The notes under the pieces are model-generated. The model made no database searches. It was not told the origin of the DNA and was given only the letters and a program-made list of their open reading frames with translations. The position numbers and the translations under genes are program-made. Positions 1 through 10,546 of a stretch of 64,000 nt of DNA are shown piece after piece (position 1 is the first letter of the stretch; every line of letters starts with the position of its first letter). The DNA is taken from NCBI GenBank assembly GCA_963790185.1, contig CAWBNR010000007.1, positions 105,698 to 169,697 on the forward strand. The letters run 5' to 3'. The DNA is from an uncultured Thermoleophilia bacterium. GTDB lineage: Bacteria; Actinomycetota; Thermoleophilia; UBA2241.

Positions 1-1466
1 GCGGCGCTGCAGATGACGACCGACGCCGTGCCGGCCATCTATGAGCTCGAGCACTGGGGGTGCCCGTTCAGTCGTTTCGACGACGGGCGCATTGCCCAGC
101 GGCCGTTCGGCGGCGCGGGCTACCCGCGCACCTGCTACGGCGCCGACAAGACCGGCCTCTACATGCTGCACACCCTCGTGCAGGAGGCGTACCGGCGCCA
201 GGTCACGATGTACATCGAGCGTTTCGTCTGCCGCCTCATCGTCGAGGACGGCGTCTGCCGCGGCGTCGTCGCCTACGACATGACCAAGGGCGGCTTCGAG
301 GAGTTCCGGGGTGACGCTGTGGTCATCGCCGTCGGCGGCGCCGGGCGCACGTACTCCAACACGACGAACGCCGTCATCTCGACCGGCTTCGCGTCGGCGG
401 TCGCCTATCAGGCCGGCGTGCCGCTCAAGGACATGGAGTTCGTCCAGTTCCATCCGACCGGCGCTCTACACCACGCACATCCTGATGACCGAGGGCTGCC
501 GCGGTGAGGGCGGCTACCTCCTCAACAAGGACGGCGAGCGCTTCATGGGGCGCTACGCGCCGAAGGCCATGGAGCTCGCCCCGCGCGACATCACCTCGCG
601 CTCGATCCAGACCGAGATCAACGAGGGCCGCGGCATCGACGGCGGCGACTTCGTCTACCTCGACCTGCGCCACCTCGGCGCCGAGAAGCTCGCCGAGCGT
701 CTGCCCGGCACGCGCGACCTGGCCATCCACTTCGAAGGCGTCGACCCGGTCTACGAGCCGATCCCGATCGCGCCCGCCCAGCACTACTCGATGGGCGGCA
801 TCGACACGGACGTCGATGGGGCGCACCGTCATGCCGGGCCTGCTACGCGGCAGGCGAGTGCGCCTGCGTGAGCGTGCACGGCGCGAACCGCCTCGGCGGG
901 AACTCGCTGCTCGAGACGGTCGTCTTCGGTCGCCGGGCCGGCGCCGCGGCCGCCCGCGACTCTCGGCCGGGCAAGGCGGCGGGTGCCGCGCGTCCCCGAG
1001 GGGGCGGCCGTCGTCGCGCTCGAGGCCGAGATCGACGAGCTGGCCGCGCGCGACGGCTCCGAGGACGCCTACGCGATCCGCGAGGAGATGACGGAGATGA
1101 TGCGCGAGCCACTTCGGCATCTACCGCGAGCAGGAGGCGATGAAGCAGGGCGTCGACAAGCTGCTCGCCCTCAAGGAGCGGCTGAAGCGGGCGAAGCTGC
1201 GCTTCACCGGTGGCATCTGGAACATCGACCTGATCCGCACTATCGAGCTGGACGGCATGCTCGACATCGCGCTCGCGACCGCCACCGGCGCGCTGGCCCG
1301 CACCGGAGTCGCGCGGCTCGCACTCACGGCTCGACTTCCTGACCCGGGACGACGAGCAGTGGCTGCGGCACACCATCGCTCACCACCAGCCCGACGGCGC
1401 CCGCCGCGGCTCGACTACAAGCCCGTCGAGCTCGGTCTCTTCGAGCCTGAGGAGAGGAAGTACTGA
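1..1466 (+). CDS. sdhA: Succinate dehydrogenase/fumarate reductase flavoprotein subunit (5' truncated, frameshifted)
   Basis: Motifs [62 protein letters not shown] and C-terminal ERKY* spread over ORFs 13-507, 311-871, 868-1143, 983-1342, 1140-1466. Confidence 0.92.
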
Positions 1467-2195
1467 TGCCCGACGTGACCCTCAAGATCCGGCGCAGCGA
1501 CCCGACGGCCGGCGCGCGAGCCCTACTGGCAGGAGTTCACGGTGCCGGTGGCGCCAGCATGACCGTGCTCGAGGCGCTCTTCTGGATCCAGGAGCATACC
1601 GACGGCTCGCTCGCCTTCCGCTACTGCTGCCGCTCGTCGATCTGCGGCTCCTGCGCGATGTACATCAACGGACGCTACCGGCTGGCCTGCCAGACGAACC
1701 TTTCCGCACCTCGGCGTCGACTCGCGTGACGGTCGCGCCGCTGCCGCACGTGCCGGTCGTGCGCGACCTGGTCTGGGACATGGACGACTTCTTCGAGAAG
1801 TACGAGGCGATCAAGCCGTGGCTGATCCACAACTCGAAGACTGCCCGACACCGAGGTCCTGCAGTCGCCCGAGGAGCGTCTCAAGCTCAATATGCCGATC
1901 GACTGCATCCTCTGCGCCTCGCTGCTACAGCTCCTGCCCGTCGGTCTGGAGGGAGGAGCACTTCCTCGGTCCGGCGGCGCTGCTCTGCGCCTATCGCTTC
2001 GAGGTCGACTCGCGCGACGAGGCCGGCAAGGAGCGTCTGCCGAGTTGGGACAACGAACGCGGCGTCTACCGCTGCCACACGATCACGAACTGCATCGAGG
2101 CCTGCCCCAAGGAGCTGAGCCCGACGGAGGGCATCCAGTGGCTCGAGGGGTTCGGCGGTCCGCCGCCGCCTGCTCGGGCGCAAGAAGTGAGGTGA
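1466..2195 (+). CDS. sdhB: Succinate dehydrogenase/fumarate reductase iron-sulfur subunit (frameshifted; 3' end approximate)
   Basis: SLAFRYCCRSSICGSCAM.ING..RLAC, PVVRDLV, CILC..CYSSCP, FLGPAAL, CHTITNCIEACPK; ATG overlaps the sdhA TGA. Confidence 0.9.
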
Positions 2196-2238
2196 ACGGG
2201 CCGCGAGGCCCGTCGGAGGCCGGGGACGCCGGCCGGCG

Positions 2239-2868
2239 TCAAGAGTCGTCGCCGGCCGGCTCCCCGGCCTCTTCGCGCGCCTGCTCGAGCCCGTGGCGGA
2301 TCAGCCCGGCCCAGTAGCGGATCACCGGTTCCAGGTCGAAGGTCTGGTCGGCGACGTGCTGCATGGCGAGACCGTCGCAGACCGCGACCGTGAGGGCGGT
2401 CAGCAGTCGACAGTCGCTCGCGCAGCTCGTCGTCGGCCTCGGGCTCGAGGGCATAGACGTCGAGTTCGCGGTACCAGTCGGAAGAGCTCGGCCATGCGCG
2501 GCCAGAGGCTCGGGTCGCGGATGAGGTTGGGGAAGAGGTCGAAGAAGAGCCGGTACTGGCGCAGGTTGGTGACGTGCGCAGGTGCTGCTCGAGGAGGATC
2601 GTCGACGCGGTCGTGATCGGGGCTCGCCTTCGAGAGCTCGCGTGAGCAGGCGGACGTTCTCGTCGTGGACCACCGAGTCGGCGAGCGCGCCGACCAGCCC
2701 CGCCTTGTTGCCGAAGTGGTAGCGGATCGAGGCCTTGTTCTCGCCCGCCTCGGCGGCGATCGCCTCGAGCGTGAGGCCCTCGAACCCTTCGCGGCCGAGC
2801 ACCCGACGCGCGGCGGCGAGGATGCGGCGCGCCGTCGGCGACAGCTCGGCCGCCGGGTCCTGGGTCAC
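2239..2868 (-). CDS. TetR/AcrR family transcriptional regulator (frameshifted mid-gene)
   Basis: ILAAARRVL.REGFEGLTLEAIAAEAGENKASIRYHFGNK HTH; divergent from the methyltransferase operon. Confidence 0.9.
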   Translation of the reverse strand: MTQDPAAELSPTARRILAAARRVLGREGFEGLTLEAIAAEAGENKASIRYHFGNKAGLVGALADSVVHDENVRLLTRALEGEPRSRPRRRSSSSSTCARHQPAPVPALLRPLPQPHPRPEPLAAHGRALPTGTANSTSMPSSPRPTTSCASDCRLLTALTVAVCDGLAMQHVADQTFDLEPVIRYWAGLIRHGLEQAREEAGEPAGDDS

Positions 2869-3004
2869 AAGCTGGCGCCTCTGACGCGGATCCCGTTGTC
2901 GGTCATCGTTCGCTCTCTCCGTCGGTCGTGCTCCTTGGCGGTCGCGGACGCTGCCCGCGTCCGCATCCCTGCATCACCGTTCAGCCTGCCCCATCGCCAC
3001 GGTG

Positions 3005-3060
3005 TTGACAAGACCTCCGCCAGGCATAGAATTGCGGCGGAGTTATCCATCCGGATGACT
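3005..3060 (+). promoter_or_regulatory. Sigma70-type promoter with candidate TetR operator
   Basis: TTGACA (3005-3010), 16 bp spacer, TAGAAT (3027-3032); imperfect palindrome AGTTATCC-ATCC-GGATGACT (3041-3060) just downstream. Confidence 0.7.
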
Positions 3061-3220
3061 ACACAGGCGGATGGCTTCACAAGGGGGTGCCGGGTGCGAT
3101 CCGGCGGTCTCGACGAGGCGCGCGGCGTGGCCACGGTCGGCAGGGCCCAGTCCGTCGCTGCACACCGCGTCGCGGCGCTCCAGAGTGTCGCGCGCATCGG
3201 TGCGTGGCGGAGGAAGGGGG

Positions 3221-4420
3221 ATGGATGGTCACTGCGAACGGCAGGTCCGGGGCAGGGCACACGACGAGGTCGAGAAGATCGCGAGCGCCGTCGCTCGCGG
3301 AGAGCTCACGCGACGTCAGTTCATCGAGCGCGGGGTCGCGCTCGGGCTCTCGGTCGGAGCGCTCGGCACGGTCCTCGCCGCCTGTGGCGGCGAGGAGGTC
3401 GCCGAGGAGACGCCGCAGGCGTGGACACGACACTGCCCGACCAGCTCCAGATCTACAACTGGTCCGACTACATGTCACCGGACTGTCTCAAGGACTTCGA
3501 GAAGGAGTACGGCGTCAAGGTTCGCGAGAGCTACTACGACGGCAACGAGTCGATGTTCGCCAAGCTGCAGGCGGGGGCGTCCGGCTACGACGTCATCTTC
3601 CCGACCGACATGTGGGTCTCGATCCTGCGCAAGAGCGACCTGATCCAGCCGCTCGACATGGCTCTGATCCCGAACTTCAAAACGTCACGCAGGCCGGTCT
3701 TCCAGAAGCCTGCCTTCGACAACCCCGACGACGCAGGACGGCAAGAAGTACTCGGTGCCGTACATGTTCGGCACGACCGGCTACGCGGCGACGCTCGCCA
3801 AGGTGCCGGCGCCGCAGGATCAGCTGGAGCCAGCTCTGGGACCCCGCCTACGAGCGCGAGATCTCGATGCTGAACGCGCCGCGCGAGACGCTCGGCGTCG
3901 GGCTCATCAAGCTCGGCTACTCGCCCAACACGACGAGCCAGGAGGAGCTCGACGCAGGCCGTCCAGCAGTGCATCGAGCAGAAGCCGCTGGTGCTCAAGT
4001 ACGACTCCACGAACACGCGACGCAGCATCGTCGCAGGGACTGCCGCTGACGCACTGCTGGGACGGCGACGTGGCCCTGGCGATCAAGGCGATCCCCGCCG
4101 AGAGCGTCAAGTACGTGCTGCCCAGCGAGGGGTACATCGTGTGGGCCGACGGCATCGCCATCCCGAAGACGGCACCCAACCCGTACGCGCGCGCACCTCT
4201 TCCTCAACTTCATGCTCGATCCCAAGAACGTCGGCGCCGGCGGCCGACTACATCGGCTACCAGCGCGTCGTCAGCGCCGCCATGGACTACATCACCAACG
4301 AGATCACAGCGCGCGATGCGCCCGAGCGACGAGGCCATCGAGGCGGGCACGCTCGCCGAGGACGTCGGCGAGTTCCAGCGCAACTTCGACGATGCATGGC
4401 GCGAGGTCGTGAGCGCCTGA
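3221..4420 (+). CDS. PotD/PotF-like amine-binding ABC substrate-binding lipoprotein with Tat signal (frameshifted)
   Basis: TRRQFI twin-arginine motif plus LAAC lipobox; LQIYNWSDY, YDGNESMFAKL, GYDVIFPTD, VPYMFGTTG, CWDGD, PSEG..VWADG. Confidence 0.85.
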
Positions 4421-4479
4421 TGCCGAGTGCCGGCGGGACCAGCCCGCCGGCGAACACGAGGACAGGACTGGAGAGCGGT

Positions 4480-5924
4480 TTGGACGACAGACTATCCGCA
4501 CTCGCACTGGGTGACGGCTCGCTCGTCGAGATGACGCGCGAGCGAGATGCGCGCCGACCTCGAGGACGGCACACAGCAGGCCGCGCCAAGCGCAGCAAGC
4601 TGCCGCCGCTGGGCGAGGACGAGCTCGACCACCTGCAGGACATCTTCTGCTCGAACGCGCGCTTCACCGCCGTCGACATCGGCGACGAGGTCATCCTGAG
4701 CTACGACGGCTCGGGCAACGCCGACGTCGGCTCGCGCATCGACGAGATGCTCGTCTACCAGAACCACCACGGCGCCGACATGACCGAGCTGTGGAACATC
4801 GACTACTCGTACAAGGCCGATCAAGACGATCCTGTCGTTCGAGGCCAACGCTCATGAAGATGTGCCAGCTCAACCTGGTCGCGTCCCGTGCAGTACGGGG
4901 CGATGCCCGACCTGGGCCGGTACTCGAAGCCGGACGGCCCGATGCCCGAACTGGTCGGAGCTGATGCCGCTGGGCAAGCATCGACGAGGCGCGCGCCGCG
5001 CAGGAGGAGGCCGCCGAGCATGGCCACCCGCGACATGGTCTTCGTCGCCGACGGTATGGTCGAGGCCGGCACCGACGGCATCGACTTCGACACCGCCGGC
5101 GCCGCCGGCGACGCCGACTTCCTGGCGACGCTGAGCGCGGTCGAGGAGATCCGGGCGACGCTACCCGGACATCGAGCATCGAGGTCGGCATGGCGAGCGA
5201 GTTCGTGCTCGGCATGCACGGCCAGCTCGAGTACAACGGCGTGCGGCTCGCCGGCATGTGGCCGCACGACCAGGTCAAGGCGGTGGCCGCCGCCGGCGGC
5301 GACGATCTACGGGCCGGCCGTCAACGTCAACACGCGCAAGTCGGTGGCCTGGAACGTGGCGCGCGCCGTCACCCTCGTGAAGAAGTGCTGCGAGGAGGCC
5401 GACGATCCCCGTCCACATGAACGTCGGCATGGGCGTCGGCGGCGTGCCGATGACCCCGTACCCGCCGATCGACGCCGTCTCGCGGGTCTCGCGAGGCGCT
5501 TGTCGAGATCACTCGCATGGACGGCTTGTAGGTCGGCGTCGGCGACCCCGTGGGCATGTCGAACGTCCCACACGCTCGCCTCGGGCCTGGGCGGGATGCG
5601 CGCCGCCGGAGATCTGGTGGCGCGCATGCAGATGACCCGAGGGATGCGCTTGAGAGAGGCCAAGGCCTACGTCGCCGAGCAGGCTCGGCGTCGTCGACCC
5701 TCGACCTCGTCGATCCCATCGTCATGCACGACGTGCGCGCCGAGCTCGGGCTGGGGCGCATCACCGTGCAGGACTCGACCTACGCCGACCAGCCGGACGC
5801 GATGGAGGCGAAGTTCCACATCGCCGAGGTGCTGGACGTCCCGATCAACAGCGTCGAGCGCTTCGCCGAACGGGCCGGTCTGGGGGCGCCACGTACGTCC
5901 GCCCGCGGCGCGGCGGCGAGCTGA
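4480..5924 (+). CDS. mtbB: Dimethylamine:corrinoid methyltransferase MtbB with in-frame amber (pyrrolysine) codon at 5529-5531 (frameshifted read; start approximate)
   Basis: MtbB motifs [74 protein letters not shown], then DGL-TAG-VGVGDP and [18 protein letters not shown]. Confidence 0.9.
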
Positions 5925-5940
5925 GCCGGGAGGTGCGCGA

Positions 5941-7414
5941 GTGAAACGGAACCTTCACGCAGGACACCCGCGGAGCGGCGGCCTCAGTCTCAACGTCTTC
6001 ACCGAGGCCGAGATGGACGACGATCCACTTCGCGACCCTCGAGGTACTGGAGCGCACGGGTGTGTTCGTCGAGGCCGATGAGGCGATCGACATCTTCGCG
6101 ACGACGGCTGCAGGGTCGACCGCGACACGCGTGTCGTCAAGATCCGGCCGCACCTGGTCGAGGACGCGGTCCGCTCGGCGCCGAGCAAGCTTCGTGCTCT
6201 GCGGCCGCGACCCGAAGAACGACGTCGTCATGGAGCCGGGCCGTGTCGCCTTCACGAACTTCAGCGAGGGCATCCGGATCATCGACGCGGTCACCGGCGA
6301 GTACCGCGATACAACGAAGCGGGACATCGCCGACATCGCGAGGCTGAACGACTACCTCAGCGAGATGGACACACACGAGATCGCGGTCGGCGCCGAGCGA
6401 CGCGCCGGCCGAGACCGTCGCGGTCCACAACGCCGAGCAGCAGCTGCTCAACACGACCAAGCCGATCGGCATCGGCCCGTTGTCGCGCCTCGAGAGCCAG
6501 GCCATCTTCCGCATGTGCGCCGAGGTGGTCGGCGGCGAGGACGAGCTGCGGGCGCGCCCTATCGTGTACAACGGCGTCTGCCCGGTCAGCCCGCTCAAGC
6601 TGCCGCACGAGGTCACCGAGGTGATCATCGAGACGGCGCGCTGGGGCCTGCCGTGCAACGTGCTCTCTATGGCCATGGCCGGGGGCTCGTCGCCGGTGAC
6701 GCTGGCGGGTTCTCTGGTGACCCACAACGCCGAGGTCCTCGCCGGCATCACCCTGTCGCAGCTGGTCGAGCGCGGCTCACCGGTCATCTACGGGAGCTCG
6801 ACGACGGCCATGGACCTCAAGCTCGCGGCCGCCAGCGTCGGCACGCCCGAGCTCGCCCTGATCAGCGCCGCGGTCGCGCAGATGGCGCGACGGTACCTGC
6901 TGCCGAGCTTCGTGGCGGGGTTGTAGGCGGATTCCAAGGTCAGTGACGCGCAGACCGGTCACGAGAAGACCCTCACCGGACTACTGGCAGCGTTGGCAGG
7001 GGCCAACCTGATCTACGGGGCGGGGATGATCGAATCGGGCGTCACCTTCGACTGCGGGCAGTTCGTGATGGACAACGAGTTCGCGCGCATGATCAAGCAC
7101 GTGGTGAACGGGATCCCGGTCGACGACGAGACCATGGCGGTGGAGGACATCGCCAAGGTCGGCGCCTTCGGGGACTTCCTGTCGCTCGACGCGACGCTGC
7201 AAGCACATGCGTGCCCTCAGCCAGCCGGCGTTCCTTGACCGCCGCGTGCGCGAAGACTGGCAGGAGCGGGGGTCGACCGACCTCTACGACCGCTGTCTCG
7301 CCGAGGCGCGCCAGGTGATCCAGGAGTACAGAGCCCGAGCCGTTGCCAGACGACGTCGCGCAGCGCGTTCACGATATCGTTGAGGAGACCGACCGGGCGA
7401 TGCACGTCGCCTGA
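5941..7414 (+). CDS. mttB: Trimethylamine:corrinoid methyltransferase MttB with in-frame amber (pyrrolysine) codon at 6924-6926
   Basis: MKRNLHAG start; [51 protein letters not shown]; [25 protein letters not shown] continuing in frame to [14 protein letters not shown]. Confidence 0.93.
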
Positions 7415-7437
7415 GACCGTGAAGAAGGAGACGCGAC

Positions 7438-8074
7438 GTGAGTGACCAGTACGGACCACTGAAGCAGGCCGTGATCGACGGCAACGCCGATCTGACCGGT
7501 GCCCTCGTCCAGGCGGCGCTGGCGCAAGGGAAGTCCGCCAAGGAGATCCTCGAGGATGCCCTGCTGCCCGGCATGGCGGTCGTCGGAGAGCGCATGAAGA
7601 GCGGCGAGTGCTTCATCCCGGAGGTGCTGCTCTCGGCGCGCGTGATGCAGGGTGCGCTCGACACGCTGCGCCCGATGCTGGCCGAGGGCGAGGGCGGCAG
7701 CCTCGGCACGGTGGTCATCGGCACGGTCGAGGGCGACCTGCACGACATCGGCAAGAACCTGGTCGGGATGATGTTGGCCGGCGCCGGCTTCGAAGTGGTC
7801 AACTTGGGCACCGGCGTCACGACGCAGCAGTTCGTCACGGCCGTCAAGGAGCACGGAGCGAGGATCGTCGGCATGAGCGCCCTGCTGACGACGACGATCC
7901 CCCGCATGAAGGAGACGATCGACGCCCTGGCCGCAGCGGGGCTGCAGGGACAAGGTCAAGGTCATGATCGGCGGCGCCCCGGTGACGCAGGCCTTCTCCG
8001 ACGAGATCGGCGCAGACGGCTACGGCGCCAACGCCGGCGCCGCCGTCGACCGGGCGAAGGCGCTGGTCGGCTGA
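7438..8074 (+). CDS. Methylamine corrinoid (B12-binding) protein, MttC/MtbC family (one frameshift near 7950)
   Basis: FIPEVL..A..M, GTVEGDLHDIGKNLV (DxHxxG), GMSALLTTT, KVMIGGAPVTQ.F.DEIGADGY; TGA at 8072-8074 overlaps the next ATG. Confidence 0.92.
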
Positions 8075-9531
8075 TGGCGAAGGCCACCGAGCCCGGGCGC
8101 CTGGCGCCCCGCGTCAGCCTACTCACCGACGAGGCGTTCGCGTACCTGCACGAGCGCACGCTCGAACTGCTCGCCACCATCGGCGTGCGCTTCGCCAGCG
8201 ACCGCGCCCGCGGGCTGCTGCGCGACGCGGGCGCGCACGTCGACGACGAGAGCCTGCTGGTGCGCATCCCGGCCGAGCTCGTCGAGCGGGCCGTGGCGTC
8301 GGCGCCGCACGACGTGTTGCTGGCCGCTCGCGACGGCGAGCACGACGCTCTGCTCGACCGCTCCCGCACCTTCGTCGGGCACGACGGCATGGGAGCGATG
8401 ACCCTCGATCACCGCACGGGCGAGCGGCGCCAGTCGACCGACCGGGACCTCTACGAGGCCTGCGTCATCGCCGACGCCCTCGACGAGCTGGGCTTCTGCT
8501 GGTATGTGGCCACCCCCAACGATGCGGCGCCTGCCGTCCAGTCGCTGCAGGGCATCGCCACGATGCTGCGCGGGTCCGGCAAACACGTCCAGGGCGATCT
8601 GAGCGACCCGCGCCTCGTGCCGCACGCGCTCGAAGTCGCCGCCGCCGCGAGCCCCGGCGGCGTGTGGGACCCGGCGAGGCCGGTCTTCTCGATCGTCTAC
8701 TGCCCGGTCTCGCCGCTGCAGCACGACGCGGAGGCGCTTGACGCGGCGATGCTGCTCGCCGAGCAGGGCGTGCCGATCGTCGTCTACAGCCTCGCCCTCG
8801 CGGGGGCGACGGCGCCGGTCACGCTCGCCGGCACCATGGTCCAGACCAACGCCGAGATCCTCAGTGGGCTCGTGGCCCTGCAGCTGGCGGCCCCGGGCAG
8901 CCCCTTCGTGTACGTGGGCAACTCGAGCATCTTGGACATGAAGTCCTGTACCTTCGGCGCCTGCGGTCCCGAGGCCCTGCTCTTCAACCTCGCGCTGACC
9001 GAGATGGGGCACCGCTACGGGTTCCCGGTCCTCTCCGGCGGTCTCTCGAGCGACGCCAAGGAGCTCTGCATGCAGTCCGGCTACGAGGGTGGCACCATGG
9101 CCCTCCTGACGACGCTGGCCAGAGCCGACATGTTCGTCGGCGTCGGCATGCTCGACTCGGCCCAGTTCCTCTACCTGCCGAAGATGGTGCTCGACGCCGA
9201 GGTCATCGCCCAGTGCGCCCACGTGGCGCGCGGGGTGCAGCTCGACGACGAGCACGTGATGCTCGACGTGTCGGCGAGGCTGGGCCCCGGCGGCCACTTC
9301 CTCGGTGCCCGGGAGACGAGTTCGTTCCTGCGTCAGGGGGAGCACCACCAGCTCAAGCTGTTCATGCGTGGCTCCTACGACGCCTGGCGGGCTCACCCCG
9401 TCTCCGAGGACGAGCGGGCCGCGGCGGTCGTCGACGAGATCCTCGCCACTCACCAGCCGCCGCCGCTGCCTCCGGGCGGCCAAACCAGGATCGAGGCGGC
9501 CGTGGCCGCCGCCGCGGAAGGCCGCGACTAG
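8074..9531 (+). CDS. Non-pyrrolysine MttB-superfamily methyltransferase (MtgB-like; quaternary amine substrate possible)
   Basis: CPVSPLQHD, LAGATAPVTLAG..VQTNAEIL, SGGLSSDAK (sense codon at the Pyl-equivalent site), GPGGHFL. Confidence 0.88.
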   Translation: MAKATEPGRLAPRVSLLTDEAFAYLHERTLELLATIGVRFASDRARGLLRDAGAHVDDESLLVRIPAELVERAVASAPHDVLLAARDGEHDALLDRSRTFVGHDGMGAMTLDHRTGERRQSTDRDLYEACVIADALDELGFCWYVATPNDAAPAVQSLQGIATMLRGSGKHVQGDLSDPRLVPHALEVAAAASPGGVWDPARPVFSIVYCPVSPLQHDAEALDAAMLLAEQGVPIVVYSLALAGATAPVTLAGTMVQTNAEILSGLVALQLAAPGSPFVYVGNSSILDMKSCTFGACGPEALLFNLALTEMGHRYGFPVLSGGLSSDAKELCMQSGYEGGTMALLTTLARADMFVGVGMLDSAQFLYLPKMVLDAEVIAQCAHVARGVQLDDEHVMLDVSARLGPGGHFLGARETSSFLRQGEHHQLKLFMRGSYDAWRAHPVSEDERAAAVVDEILATHQPPPLPPGGQTRIEAAVAAAAEGRD

Positions 9532-10505
9532 AACAGGCCCTCCGAGACCGCCAGGATCACGCCGCCGAGCGTGAGTAGGGCGGCGGCCACGAGCCGCAGG
9601 CCCACGCGCTCGCGCAAGGCGACGAAGCCGAAGGCGATGGCGAACACGGGTGACGCCGCCATGACGAGCGTGGTCAGCACCGGCCCGATGTGCTGCACGC
9701 ACAGGTAGAACAGGATCGTGACCACCGTCTCGAGCATCCCGGTGACCAGGATCAGCCTGATGGCGAGCCGGCGATCCGACGCGGAGAGGCGCCGCGGCGT
9801 CAGCGGGATCCGGCGCACGGCGACGACTGCGCCGAGGATGAGCATGCCGAGCACCTGACTCTCGATCATCATCGTCGCGGTGACGCTCCCGTAGGCCGAG
9901 TTCGCGAGGTCGATGAGGATCGGGCCGAGGCCCCAGCCGGCGGCGGTGACGAGCGAGAGGGCGATGATGACGGCGCGCGGGGCCGCGGGGCCGCCGGGCG
10001 CTCCCGGCTCGTACGCCGGTCCGCCGAGCGCGTCCACGGTCACGTCCGGCTCGTCCTCCATCCAGCGCGCGATGAACCAGACGCCGACCATGGCGACGGT
10101 CAGGCCGGCGATCGTCGGCGCGCCGATGGTCGCGCCCAGGATCACGAAGGCGAAGACCGCGGTCCACACCGGGTCGGTGCCGGCGATGGGCGCGACGACG
10201 CTGACGGCGCCCGCGCGCAGCGCGTAGTAGTAGGTGCTGAACGCCAGCAGCCAGGTGACGAGGGAGGAGAGGGCGATGTAGCCGGCGGACGCGAGGTCGA
10301 TGCCGAAGCCGTTGGGCCAGAGGTCGAAGACGGTGAGCGGCACGGTGACCGCGACCAGCCCCAGCGCCGACACGCCGCGCAGGAAGAAGTTCAGGGCGAG
10401 CGGGCTGACGTAGGAGAGAGTCCGCTTGTTGACGATCATGACGATCGCCCAGAGGGCGGTCATGCCGAAGGCGGCGAGAGTCCAGACGACGTACGTGCTC
10501 GAGAT
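9528..10505 (-). CDS. DMT/EamA family transporter
   Basis: About ten hydrophobic segments in two EamA repeats (YYALR...VS.VAPI; ALRERVG); SD GGAGGT 6 nt before an ATC at 10505. Confidence 0.82.
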   Translation of the reverse strand: MSSTYVVWTLAAFGMTALWAIVMIVNKRTLSYVSPLALNFFLRGVSALGLVAVTVPLTVFDLWPNGFGIDLASAGYIALSSLVTWLLAFSTYYYALRAGAVSVVAPIAGTDPVWTAVFAFVILGATIGAPTIAGLTVAMVGVWFIARWMEDEPDVTVDALGGPAYEPGAPGGPAAPRAVIIALSLVTAAGWGLGPILIDLANSAYGSVTATMMIESQVLGMLILGAVVAVRRIPLTPRRLSASDRRLAIRLILVTGMLETVVTILFYLCVQHIGPVLTTLVMAASPVFAIAFGFVALRERVGLRLVAAALLTLGGVILAVSEGLF

Positions 10506-10546
10506 CGCCGCACCTCCGGGTCGTGCCGCGGCGAGGCCGGGCAGTC

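Noticed and set aside
4480-7414. mtbB and mttB as nonsense pseudogenes
   Set aside because: Both stops are TAG at the known pyrrolysine position, with conserved sequence continuing in frame.
7438-9531. 697-aa ORF suggesting a corrinoid-MttB fusion
   Set aside because: A frameshift near 7950 hides the corrinoid C-terminus (KVMIGGAPVTQ...), which ends at TGA 8072-8074 overlapping the next ATG; these are two genes.
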